This document shows, piece by piece, positions 25,529 to 37,035 of a stretch of 64,000 nt of DNA (within the stretch, counting starts at the first letter, position 1; each line of letters starts with the position of its first letter). This DNA comes from Octopus sinensis. Taxonomy: Eukaryota. A program made the position numbers and the translations under genes. Location: positions 101,556,001 through 101,620,000 of the forward strand of contig NC_043006.1 of NCBI RefSeq assembly GCF_006345805.1. Reading direction: 5' to 3'. Below the pieces are notes generated by a model. The model worked only from the letters and a program-made list of their open reading frames with translations, ran no database searches and was not told where the DNA came from.

Positions 25529-25925
25529 TATATTAATTAGAGACAAAACCACTATTATGCAAATCAAACAAAGAAAGACTTAAGCCAATACATAAAAAAT
25601 TTTATATAAATTAAATATAATTAAAATAACCACTACGATCGTTTCGTGTCAGCACTTCTATGAGACATTCTTCAAGGTTTTGAAACCACCCGAAGAATGT
25701 CTCATAGAAGTGCTGACACGAAACGATCGTAGTGGTTATTTTAATTATATTTAATTTATATAAATTTTTTTATGTATTGGCTTAAGTCTTTCTTTGTTTG
25801 ATTTGCATAATAGTGATTTTGTCTCTAATTAATATAATATAATATTTTACTATAAAATTGGATTCAATCCTAAATCTGATTTTTCCCTGTAAATTTGGAT
25901 TTATTCCTTAATATTTATTATTATA
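25526..25925. mobile_element. Penelope-like element terminal-repeat remnant in inverted arrangement: 148-bp arms (25526-25673, 25692-25839), 18-nt spacer, unique extension to ~25925, inserted in (TA)n
   Basis: Arms differ at only 2 positions. A hammerhead fold with minimal palindromic stem III, typical of PLE pLTRs, lies in the arms. (TA)n on both sides. Confidence 0.75.
25684..25737 (+). ncRNA. Minimal type I hammerhead ribozyme (degenerate core CCGAAGA)
   Basis: Stem I aaccac/gtggtt; core CCGAAGA (25690-25696); stem II tgtc/gaca; GAAA (25720-25723); stem III C-GATC-G; cleavage UA (25730-25731). Confidence 0.72.
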
Positions 25926-26762
25926 TATATATGTATATATATATATACACACTTAGTAATGGAGTAGATTCAAACTGAGGAACTTTATAATCTAAAGGTA
26001 GTAATGTTTTCTTTAGTTTTGGAACAAAAATTCTTAATTCAAACCTAGCTTGTTAATCTGTTGATATTCAGGAATAAAACACCTGTTATTTATTGGAAAT
26101 CAAATTAATTGAAACATTGTAGATGTGAATATTGAAAAATGTTTCATCCTCTAAGGATGAAGTTAATAGTCTGAAAAATTATTATCTCATTAACAACAAC
26201 TCATGTCAGACATTTAGTTTGTTTAATTTAGTTTGTGATCTTAGTAATTATTATTCATTTGAAAATCCTTACGGGAGATATTGTAGTGTCTCTGGTACTG
26301 ATAATGGTAATAAAGCATTTTATTGTTTTTTGGTTGACATCTTTAATATTGGGTTTCCTCTGTTGTATGGTCTGGTTCATTTGGATGTTAAAATCCTAAT
26401 ATTTCTACATGTTTTGTTGCATAATTTTGACTGTGCACTTATACTAATCTATAAATACCTGAAATTCATACTATTGGAATGCATTTTGTTATGACTGAAA
26501 TTATAATGTCACCATCCCTTAGGATCCAGGTGGAGTGATGGCTCATGTTGGTTGACCACATGCCCCATGGCCATGGTGAATGAGGATGTATTTCACAAAG
26601 ATGAGAACTGACTGGAGTGTTGTCCATAATGACCTGAACAGATACCAACAAACGGTGGATACAGTGATGTGCTGCAATGATGCATTTCTTCATGCCTCAT
26701 TTGACCTTATTAAGTACAGTGTCTGACTAATTGTGCCAAAATTTGAAGCCATTATTATTATT

Positions 26763-27325
26763 ATTGAGTGAGAGAGCAGTTCATGCCATCAAAGTGACAC
26801 TGGGGTAAAATATACGAAACCCAATATACCCATCATGACTACCCGTCTGATAAGGGCACACCAGGCACATGCATCACAACCATATGTGCACGACATGGTG
26901 ATCTCATATCAAGATAAACTGCACATGACCTTGCAGGTGGGGCCCAGTTAGAACTTTCTTCAGGTTGAGTAGCCCATCCCGCTCAAACGGTCCCTGAATA
27001 AGGGTTGTTTAAGGATGTTGAAAAAACCACCCATGTCTCCAGAGGTGAATTATTCAAACCCCAAAGAATTCCTCTCAACACATGGCTATGATGCTCTCCC
27101 ACTACTTCTGCTCGTGATCAGAGATGCACATATCGTCAGCCACTAAGGGACATGGTCAACTGGTTAAGGTCAAACAACTAACAAGCAAATCTGTGGTATT
27201 GAGCAGAATATTTGCTGTAGCCCATCTTTTTATACCAAGACAAAACAATGTACATGATAACGCTTCCAATCAGTTAAGATCAGAAGCCATGAGAGCCACT
27301 GCCTGGTACTGCATCAGGGCATTTA
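26763..27325 (-). mobile_element. ~565-bp (AAT)n-bounded interspersed repeat, complete copy
   Basis: Reverse complement of 3430-3970; bounded by (ATT)n. Confidence 0.85.
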
Positions 27326-27359
27326 TTATTATTATTATTATTATTATCATTATTATTAA

Positions 27360-27780
27360 TATTGAGTGAGAGAGCAGCGCATGCCATCAAAGTGACACTG
27401 GGGTATAAATATATGAAGCCCAATACACCCATCATGACTACCCTTCTGATAAGGGTACATCAGGTACATGCATCACAATCATATGTGCATGACATGGTGA
27501 TCTCACTTCAAGATAAATAGCACATGACCTTGCAGGTGGAGCCCAATTAGAATTTTCTTAAGTTGAATAGCCCATCCCACTCAAAAGGTCTCTGAATAAG
27601 AGATTTGTTTAAGACTGATGAATGAAACACCCATGTTTTTAAAGGTGAATTATTCAAACCCCCCCAAAATTCCTTTCAACATGTGGTTATGATGCTCCCC
27701 CACTACTTCTGCTTGTGGTCAGAGATGCACATATCATCAGCCACTAAGGACATGCTCAACTGGTTATGGTCAAACTACTG
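27360..27780 (-). mobile_element. Second tandem copy of the same repeat, truncated
   Basis: Repeats 26763-27180 (tattgagtgagagagcag..ggtcaaac), more diverged. Confidence 0.85.
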
Positions 27781-28078
27781 TTTGAGTGAAGTATCATAAT
27801 TTGAATACTCTCAGCTAAAGCAAGACGGTAGCATAGTTAGAGGGGTCAGTGGGACCAGTTTATTCAGCACTGTTAATATCTTTAGGAATGGTCTCACCAT
27901 TATAATTTCCTTGGAATTGCATTGATGAAAAAAAAAAATATCACTATTATTTTTGTCATTTCTGTCTGATATTGAACTCAAGCTGATGATATTCTAAGGA
28001 AAGTGTAATGAATCTGTTAAGAAAAATATTAGAAAAAAAAACAAAAAACCAAACGCATTAAATAAAATTTGTAAAAAT

Positions 28079-28188
28079 ACTCACCAAATAACTGTGAAAT
28101 TGCTGGGTTTTATATAGCAGTATGCATTATTAGATTAGAATTAGTAATGGTTTTAGTGAAACACGGAAGTAAAGTTATTCTGGTAAGA
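28079..28188. promoter_or_regulatory. Candidate bidirectional promoter with outward-facing splice donors around an ETS motif
   Basis: Minus donor TTG|GTGAGT (plus actcac 28079-28084); plus donor CTG|GTAAGA (28183); CGGAAGT at 28164-28170; CpG retention across 28.0-29.4 kb. Confidence 0.3.
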
Positions 28189-29534
28189 GTTGCTTGTAAT
28201 CATAGATAATTAGCAAGAAACAAATTGACTTTTGTTGATTTATTTAATTCTATTTATTGATTTCACTTACTCTTTCAAGTGTTTGTATATTTGTATGTTT
28301 GTTTCTCTTATTTATCTATTAGTATCTTCCCTTCTCTCTGAAGTACGCTGTCTATAGAGATTTTCCCCTCTGTTTTAGAGATTAGAAATTAATAACTATA
28401 ATGAGTGGGACAAGACGGAACCTCAAAAACCCCTAGTTTTATTTTTTTTTTAGTTTTATTAGCTTTTTATTCATTATTTATTTATTTCATTTATTATTTC
28501 TTTTCTTTTCTTTTTACTAAATGATAACTCACATTGCTGTAGACTAAAAAGATCAATGATGAAACAAGTGAGCCGCTGTGAAGCTATGTAAAAATAATAG
28601 AATGCATCTTAGAGCATTATTAATTGGGAAGGAAAAAGTGAATATGATAAACAAATTTTAAAAAAAAAAGGAAAAAAAGTAACTATTACTTTGATGCTAT
28701 TTTTTTTTTAGGTCGTTTAATCTATAATTTAATTTAAAATATTCTCTGAACCTATTTTAATAAATTCATCATCACCACCACCATCATCATCATTATCATT
28801 TGGAGAGGTTGCTGCTGTTGTTTTCTTATTTGGATGTTAGACGCAAATCCATGATTTTTCTAAATCAATTTAGTAGATTGCTTTTATAACTGATGAATGC
28901 TGTTCGGGAGTGTTAATGCTGGAAACGCTAGACAACTTGTGAGCATATCAAATTTATTCTCATTTGCGTTTGTTGCTTTATCAACATTGCTGCTAATATT
29001 ACCAACACTTACATTTATAACGACAACAACAACAACAATAGTATTAATAATAATGATAATGAGGAGGATGATAATAATAATAGCAATAATAATAATAGAA
29101 ATCATAATAATAATAATAATAATAATAATAATGTTGATGATGTTGTTGCTCGCTTGCAGTTAATCTAATTACTGTTGGCTCGTGGCAAACAGAATTGTGT
29201 TTCAATATATCAGCATTGAATGCTTTGTCTACAAAGTCTTATCTCTCTAGCTATTCGGATTTCATCCAAAAACAGAAGAAAATAAACAAAAAAATGTTGC
29301 AATGTTTCTTTGGAAAACATTCAAAAATCCTATTAAAATAACCTTCACACACATATACAGGCATGCGGGTGTGTATGCACACATACCTGCAAGTGTGTAC
29401 GTACACACATTCATGTATGAAATAATAATTATAATAATAACAATACACACACACACACACACACAACACACATATTTGTAAAATGTTTAATTCTAAATGT
29501 TATTTGGTTAGTATTACACACAGAGACACACATG

Positions 29535-29597
<63 letters not shown>

Positions 29598-30894
29598 CAT
29601 ATATATATGTGTGTGTGTGTGTGTATTCACAAACACAGGCACACACAAATATACATGTCTGTGTATGTGTATATGCATTCCTACATATATATTCATTACA
29701 TATATTAGTTAATTTGTTATAGATATTATGTATGTTGAGTGTGTGTGTGTGTGTGTGCGTGCATGCATATGCATACATGCCTGCGTGTGTATATATATTA
29801 TGTATATATATTATGTATTACATGTGTGTATGTTCAGAATTTTTTTCATAGAGTTAATCTCTACACAGTTAATATATAGCTTCAGCTAGGGCTAACATTA
29901 TCAGTGATACTAGTCTCCAGTTGAGATGATATAAAAATTGTAGAGAGATTAGCTCAATAAATGAGTTATGTAATTCGGTATCATATGATCCATTGAATTC
30001 TTAATTGAACATGGTGTGCATTTTTCATTTTTAACAAAAGTGCCTAGCTTTTCATATAGATATGCATCGTATATGTTATAAAGCCCACAAAACCTCAAAA
30101 TAAACTACCTTCTCACAAAACTGTTACCCACCACAAGTATTTCCTTATTAACTTTGCAAATTCCTTGCAAAAAATCCTCAGTTATATACATATAAATGTA
30201 TCAACAAATTTTTCAAGTGCTAGCCCTGAATATACAGCAGTGAAGAAACAAGCTCTTTAAAAACATGGAATATCTCATCCTTAGTTGTGTGATTAGAGAT
30301 TTTCATGCTTTCAACACCAAAGCCAGATCCACTACATCTGATGTTGTCAATTATACTTACAATTAAATAAATGCTTTAATTAAGCTGTTGAATAAGTCTG
30401 CCAGCAAAATTTCAAGTGACAGACAAAACAAAGTTGAACTGATAGTAAGACCATAATAAGTGAAAACTGATTTTCAGGCTTGCTTGCACTGCACCACACA
30501 TGTATACATGAATATATCTATGTTTGTATAAGTGCATGTATATGTGTGTATACATGCATATACATACTATGCTTAGAAACAGCTGAGTGTTGGTGACAGG
30601 AAGAGCATACAGCTGTAGAAAATCTGCTTCAGTGAATTCTGGCTAAACTAGAATAAGCATAGAATAAGTAGATGCTAAAATGATGATGAAATGCATGTAT
30701 ATGCCCATACATATTAATGTGTGTATGTATGTATTCATGTATGTTTTGTATGCATGCTAAGTATATACACGTGTGTGTGTGTATACATATATACATCTGT
30801 CAGTAGAGCATCAGATTTTCATGTTACTTTTCAGGCAATCTGAAGGTCACGGTTTCGAGTTCCTTTGTGAGTGCAAACTCCTTTTATTTTATAG

Positions 30895-31070
30895 GTACAG
30901 GAATGGCTGTGTGGTAAGAAACGTGCTTTCGAAACAAATGGTTCCAAGTTCAGTCCCACTGTGTGGTTCCTTAGGCAAGTGTCTTCCACTATAGCCTCAT
31001 ATAGTCTTCCACTATAGCCTTGCGAATGGATTTGGTAGATGGAAGCTGAAAGAAGTCCATTGTATATATA
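30895..31070 (+). mobile_element. SINE family A head half, interrupted at its internal (TA)n
   Basis: aggaatggctgtgtggtaagaa..ggttccaagttcagtccc..gatttggtagatggaagctgaaagaag; a tail-like segment resumes at ~32730-32790. Confidence 0.85.
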
Positions 31071-31574
31071 TGAGGGGAAGTCAAAAATTATCCAACTTTC
31101 GCCATAACATATCTTTATTATTGTCACACTGTCTTCTGCGCATGTCTGCTCGTAGTTGGTACTATTGTGGTCACTTGATTGAAGTTTGAGCCTGATTGAG
31201 CCATTTTCCTTTCTGGCTTTACAGTGTTAGCATGACTGCTCCACTAGCAATGTGCACCAAAGAAGAACAAAGAGTGATGATCTGAGATGGTAATGATGAA
31301 CCAGTTCACCATTACCGTCTTTTGAGCTTGCTGAATCTTCTCACCAGTGGTGGAGGTTGACAGGCATCCTGTTCCCTCTTTGTGCATCATGCTTGTCCGG
31401 TCACTTTTAAACATTTTTCGATCCACTCATACACACTTCTATGTGGTAGTGCTCTGTTCCCATATTGTGTAAAAGCCTCTAATGAATTTCAGCATCTGAC
31501 ACACCTTTTGACCTGAGAAATGAGATCAGTGCTCTTTATTCTTCTCTGGTGCACATTGCTAGTGGAGTGGCCAT
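31071..31574. mobile_element. Non-autonomous mariner derivative made of two inverted 5' ends
   Basis: TA|tgaggggaagtcaaaaattatcc TIR-like start. Plus MTAPLAMCTKEEQRVMI (31232) and minus MATPLAMCTREE*RALISF..AEIH*RLLTQYGNRALPHRSVYEWIEK (from 31574) are mariner N-terminal HTH remnants. Confidence 0.8.
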
Positions 31575-31852
31575 ACTTTCGAAAGGACTAAGAAGAAAAT
31601 AGGGAAGGCCAACTCTTGGTATGATAGCCACAAATACCAGAGTGTCATGTTCGTCAACACCACTCCTAGAGGCAAACTGGCGTACCGCTTTAGAAGGGCC
31701 CTAGCCAAGCTTAAGTTAAGGATTAAGGTTGTTGAAAGGCCAGGCAACCCTATCAAATCCTAATCGATAGAACTTACCCTTTTAGTAGAACCCCCTGTAC
31801 AGATAGGAACTGTACTGTGTGTAGATTTAGCCCACAAACAAACTGAAAAGCC

Positions 31853-32179
31853 AGAAATGTAGTCTATAGTATGAGATGTACAGAGGGACGATGCAGTAAC
31901 AAGACAACAACGTATGTTGGGGAAACAGCATGGAGCATAGGAGAGCAGCTAAATGAACATTGGAGAGAACTTAAGGAAGAAAAGAGCTCATCGGTTCTGT
32001 ACCTGCACGCCGAGCATGAACACGGGGGCTCAATCAACAACATAGAAGTTAAAAGCTTGTCCACACATAGAACAGACACAACAATTAGACAAATTACAGA
32101 AGCTACACACATAATAGAAGATAAACCTAGCCTGAATAGGAAACTGGAATGGAACACTAGCACACACCACAGCATATGA
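31853..32179 (+). pseudogene. GIY-YIG endonuclease domain of a Penelope-like element
   Basis: NVVYSMRC..TTYVGETAWSIGEQLNEH..LYLHAEHEHGG..RQITEATHIIEDKPSLNRKLEW contains the VVY..YVG..E..LN GIY-YIG pattern. The catalytic Arg position appears altered (TAWS). Confidence 0.9.
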
Positions 32180-32536
32180 CAGAAGAAGATCCCCATAAAC
32201 TGGTAACAATACAAACAAAACTAAAAACAAAAATAAGATACACACATAAATAAACAAATGGAAGTAAATAACTATATACATTAAAAATAATAATAATAAT
32301 AATAAGTAGGTGTAAACACATGAACAAAATAAACAAAAACAAAAAAACAAATTACATGAATGTATATAAACAGGAGATACAAATATTACAGGCCCTCCCC
32401 CCACACACTAACTAAACATAGACACACATAGAGATATACGCATGCGCAAATGAAGACACATATAATAGGAATACAAAATACAAAATGGCTGACTGTTAGT
32501 AAAGAGAGACACACAAATAAGAAAGAAGAAAGCAAA

Positions 32537-32582
32537 GGACCACTGATGAGGTCACAGGAGTGTGACGAAAGAACTCTGGGCG
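32537..32582 (+). ncRNA. Minimal type I hammerhead ribozyme in PLE 3' repeat (slightly decayed)
   Basis: gacca CTGATGA(32543-32549) g gtcaca-ggag-tgtgac GAAA(32567-32570) gaac TC(32575-32576) tgggc; stem I 4/5 paired, stem II 6 bp. Confidence 0.72.
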
Positions 32583-33771
32583 AAATAAGATTAAGATTAA
32601 TGTAAAAAATAAATAAAGCTGAGCTGATGCAAATTAACACCAAATATATAGTGCGTGTGTTTTTATTGGCTAAACTGGCAACATGACCATTCCTAACTAC
32701 AACAACATATATATATATATATATATATCAATTCCATGGTGATGTTCCAGCATGTCCACAGCTGCATGGCCAAAATGAATGAAAGAATATATATATATAT
32801 ATATTTATATATATCAAATACATGCACACACTTGTGTATGCATGTATATATGCATGCATATTTATGTATGTAGGTGAATATATGCTTGTGAGTCAGTATA
32901 TGTAAGTAAGCAGAGTAAATGGAGAAATTTGTATATACCCATGTAGTGCTAAACTTATTTTAAGTATTTATCGGTTACTTATTTTATTTTATTTCATAAG
33001 GTATATTATCGATATTTGTTCTTGCAGATTTTTGTGAATGCAAAGATAATGAGCGTTTCATATATCACTTACTTGAGTAGATATATATGTGTGGTTGCAT
33101 GTAAAAATGAGCCAGCTGTGTTAGCAATCTATTTGTATACTTTCGTAACTACCACTGTAATCTAAGCCATTGACACGTGCAACTATCTACTCAGCTCCCC
33201 TTCCATTTTTAATTTAAAAATGTTTCCTTTATGATTTCCATTGTCTGATATCCGTATATCACCACAAGAGCTGCTCTGAGCAGCAACTGAAAGAGTACCT
33301 TTTGTCTGCCATCCTGTTACTCTGTTTTGTTGTTTGTATATTGTTTGTATATTTTATGGTCAAAACAATTCACTGAATATACAGTTGGTAGCATTTGTTG
33401 AAACTTATACTTTCAGCTAGCCTCATTTCAATTGACTGAATTATTTATACTCTACCTCTGATATTGAGTCCCTTTTTTGTTATTTCTCTTATTTGTTACC
33501 ATATCCCCCCCTCTTTCTCATGCACACACACACACTCTCTCTCTCTCACACACACACAAACACTGTGTGAGTGTCTGTGATTAGGGTTTTGAATTGTAAT
33601 CCCTTTATCTGTTGGATTGTTAATGTAGAGTGTAATGCATCTCAGTAGTAATATACTTAAAGTTTTAAATATAATTCTCTTTTAATTCCCTGTTGATTGA
33701 TAATAGCTTTTCCATATAACCATTCTACGAAGGTGGTTTAACAGCAGAAATTCCAAATCAAACCTTGTCAC

Positions 33772-34045
33772 CAATCTATGCTTAACAAATATATATACAT
33801 ATATACACACACACGCACGCACGCACGCACGCACGCTCGCACACACACACACACACACACACGCACAATCTATGCTTAACAAATACACACACACACACAC
33901 ACACATACACACACACACACACACACACAATCTATGCTTAACAAATACACACACACTCACACAATCTGTGCTTAACAAACACACACACACACACACACAC
34001 AATCTATGCTTAACAAATACACACACACACACACACATGCACACA
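33772..34045. repeat. Five copies of 19-bp CAATCTATGCTTAACAAAT separated by variable (CA)n spacers
   Basis: Copies at 33772, 33866, 33928, 33962 and 34000. Confidence 0.93.
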
Positions 34046-34674
34046 CTGTGTATATCTATTACTTAACTGCATTAAATGCATTAATTTTATACCTACCATA
34101 TTGAAAAGATAGACGTTTCCCAATTCTGCTTAAGTAAAAGCAGTACACTCATTGTGGTGTAATACTCTAACATAAAAATATTTTATTGCTAATGTATCTG
34201 GCCAGTATTTGCTGTAAGGAAAGAAATTTAGCTGATTGAATTATCAGGATAAATAGTGGAACTTTTCTTTTTTATTGAACTTTGTGAGAATGAAATTAAA
34301 AATCATAAAACGATTGCCACTAGTTAGATATATTATTCAGTGATTGCATTGAATGTATCCAATAATGTATCCAATTTGTGGCAATTGCGTTAGTGTGATG
34401 GGCTTAAATATTTGATAGATTATCACTCATTTTTAATACACTGATAGAATATCGCAATAAAGGCACACAGAACCAACATATTTGAGGGGTTTGTTTTTAT
34501 GGACGAAAATTGGGAAAAATTTTTATTTGACTTCACCATTTGTTTGTTTTATGTCTGTTTTTTTGATACTTGCACAAGTTGGACATAAACTTATTTGAGG
34601 TAGCATTTTCTGGCTGAATGTTCTTCCTCTTGCATCCCTAACTTTTTCAAGTTAAGGAATTTTGTTTTTATATA

Positions 34675-34926
34675 TACTCTTTTACTCTTTTACTTGTTTC
34701 AGTCATTTGACTGCGGCCATACTGGAGCACCACCTTTAATCGAGCAACACGACCCTGGGACTTATTCTTTTTTGTAAGCCCAGTACTTATTCTATTGGTC
34801 TCTTTTGCCAAACCGCTAAGTAACGGGGACATAAACACACCAGCATTGGTCGTCAAGCAATGCTAGGGGGACAAACACACACACGCATATATATATATAT
34901 ATATATATATCATCATTTAACGTCCG

Positions 34927-34965
<39 letters not shown>

Positions 34966-35131
34966 TACGACAGGCTTCTTTCAGTTTCCATCTACCAAAT
35001 CCACTCACAAGGCTTTGATCGGCCCGAGGCTATAGTAGAAAACACTTGCCCAAGGTGCCATGCAGTGGGACTGAACCCAGAACCATGTGGTTGGTAAACA
35101 AGCCACTTACCACACAGCCACTTCTGCGCCT
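34675..35131 (-). mobile_element. tRNA-derived SINE family A
   Basis: As 19524-19995; carries a 20-bp foreign insert at 34911-34930. Confidence 0.92.
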
Positions 35132-36529
35132 ATTTCATTTATTTTTGAAAGTAGAAAGCAAGTGGACATATTGTAAACATCGCATCTCAGATTTATTCAG
35201 GTGGTGACAAGATATAAGAGGTCAACATTCTTATTTACTAGTACAGGGACAAACACACATACTCATATGATGGGCTTCCATACAATTTCCATTAACCGAT
35301 TCTACAATTCAACTGATATGTCATTGACTGACCTGAGGCTTTATTTGAAGACACTGGCCCAGTTGCCACGCAGTGAGATAAAACCTTAAACCATATAGTT
35401 ACAATGTGAACTTTGCATCTAGATAGCCTAACCCTATGTTACGTATTTTATGAAAATGCAAGTTCAGCATTGTAAACCAGCAAAGCAATGGCTATTGATA
35501 GTGTTCTCACTCTATACAGCAATGTAAAGCTCCTGTTCCATGTAGCAAAAGTTAATGCTGGTTATGGAATTTGAACCATTCATCATTTAGTTAGCAGTTT
35601 GAAGCTTTAACCATAAATCTACAGACTCTATTTTCAGAACTCACTGATATTGTTAATAGTGTTTAGCTCTGATCAAATAGACCTAATATCAAAAGCATTC
35701 CAGTTGTCATCATCTTTGGTATAGACATAGTCTATCTAGATCAGAATTTCCTAACCATCTTAACCTAGATATTGCGGAATCATTGGGTGCCACTGTGACT
35801 GATTAGTCCTTGTGGCATCCTTGTTGTAAACACAGTCTATCTTGGGCAGAGGTTCTTAATCAAGATACTGTGGCACCTTTGGATTCCACCAAGACTGACT
35901 AGTGGTGTCATGAACACTCTTTGCATTATCAGTGAAAAGAAACACTCTACCTAAACTGAAAGTGAAAGTAAACTGAAATCGATGTCGTACATTCTTTTCA
36001 TTTGAAATGTTAAATATTTATTCTAATTCTTGATTGAAGGAATTCAAAGAGTAAAAGATATCTCTCTTGAAGTGAGTGCGATGTCTGTTTAATTCAGTTG
36101 TGTTTGTAAGCGGTCAATTCAGTATTTTGCTGGAGTGTTTGTTGCGTCGCAAATTGAAGTTCAATAGAAGTAGATTTGTTTTAAAGTAGAAATGGTTATT
36201 CACAGATGATGACTGTCTGGACAGTGAAAGTGTTGAAATAGATGGCTACTATACATCAGAAAATGACTCTTGTATCTTTTAGTGGATGAAAGTGATGGTT
36301 TGTTTACCAGGCCCAAAAGTTACAAGAGCTTACAAAGTGCAAAGTTTTCTATCACTTAGTTTCACTTGCTATGGACAAATCCACATACCCTCCTCTGAAC
36401 ATTCCCTTTATCGAAAGAAATTGAGCAACAAGGTAATGGTACCAAACAAATCCCAGTATCATTTTGTTAGTACAAACTTTCATTTTCTGGGAAAGTATTT
36501 TGGTTATTTCAGAACACTAATATTGTTTC

Positions 36530-36725
36530 AATTCATCATCATCATCATCATCATACGTCTGCTTTCCGTGCTGGCATGTGTAGGATAATTTGGCTGAAAA
36601 CTGGTAAGCTGGGGAGCTGCACCAGGTTCCAATCTGATTTGGCATGGTTTCTACAGCTGGATGCCCTTCCTAATGCCAACCACTCCAAGAGTGTAATGGA
36701 TGCTTTTTACATGACACCAACATCA
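36530..36725. mobile_element. Interspersed repeat family D
   Basis: catcatcat..cgtctgctttccgtgctggcatg..gatgcccttcctaatgccaaccactcc. Confidence 0.78.
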
Positions 36726-36931
36726 GCCAAGAAATGTTAATGAAAGGTTTTAAACAGGAAGTTTGTATCATAGGAACAGGAGTGATCTCAAATGGGTTGG
36801 TATCAAAATGGTTAAAGAAGTTTCCTTTGACAGCTTTTGGATCTTCATCAAAAGTAAATAACCATGTTTATGAAAAGTCTGTACCATTAGTATAGATAAA
36901 ATAAATCTTTATCTGTATAGGATTTGGGTGT

Positions 36932-37035
36932 TGGTGCCATGCAAAAAGCACCGTTGCTGGTGCTATATAAAAAGTACTGGTGCCGGTGCCACATAAAAGC
37001 ATTGGTGATGGTGCTATGTAAAAGCACACAGTAAA
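36932..37035. repeat. Four 25-27-bp units (GGTGCYAYRYAAAAGCAC) of family D
   Basis: Same unit occurs twice at 40729-40775 and once at ~39100. Confidence 0.7.

Larger units (their letters stand above)
31575..32705 (+). mobile_element. 5'-truncated Penelope-like element (linker, GIY-YIG endonuclease, 3' terminal region with hammerhead)
   Basis: KYQSVMFVNTTPRGKLAYRFRRALAKLKLRIKVVERPGNPIKS / LIDRTYPFSRTPCTDRNCTVC..*KARNVVYSMRC..YVGET; one frameshift at ~31760 and one stop at 31844; ends at (TA)n. Confidence 0.9.

Noticed and set aside
28405-28440. CTAG|T resembling a Helitron 3' end
   Set aside because: No subterminal hairpin.
28889-28940. CTGATGA...GAAAC..G pattern
   Set aside because: Stem II not complementary and no UH cleavage triplet.
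33007-33014. TATCGATA (Drosophila DRE motif)
   Set aside because: Single 8-mer expected by chance in AT-rich DNA; function in molluscs not established.
33772-34045. CRISPR-like repeat-spacer look
   Set aside because: Eukaryotic context, microsatellite spacers, 19-bp non-palindromic repeat, no cas genes.
36190-36310. Acidic stretch FTDDDCLDSESVEIDG resembling a DNA-transposase N-terminus
   Set aside because: Too short and frameshifted; no TIR or catalytic motif found.
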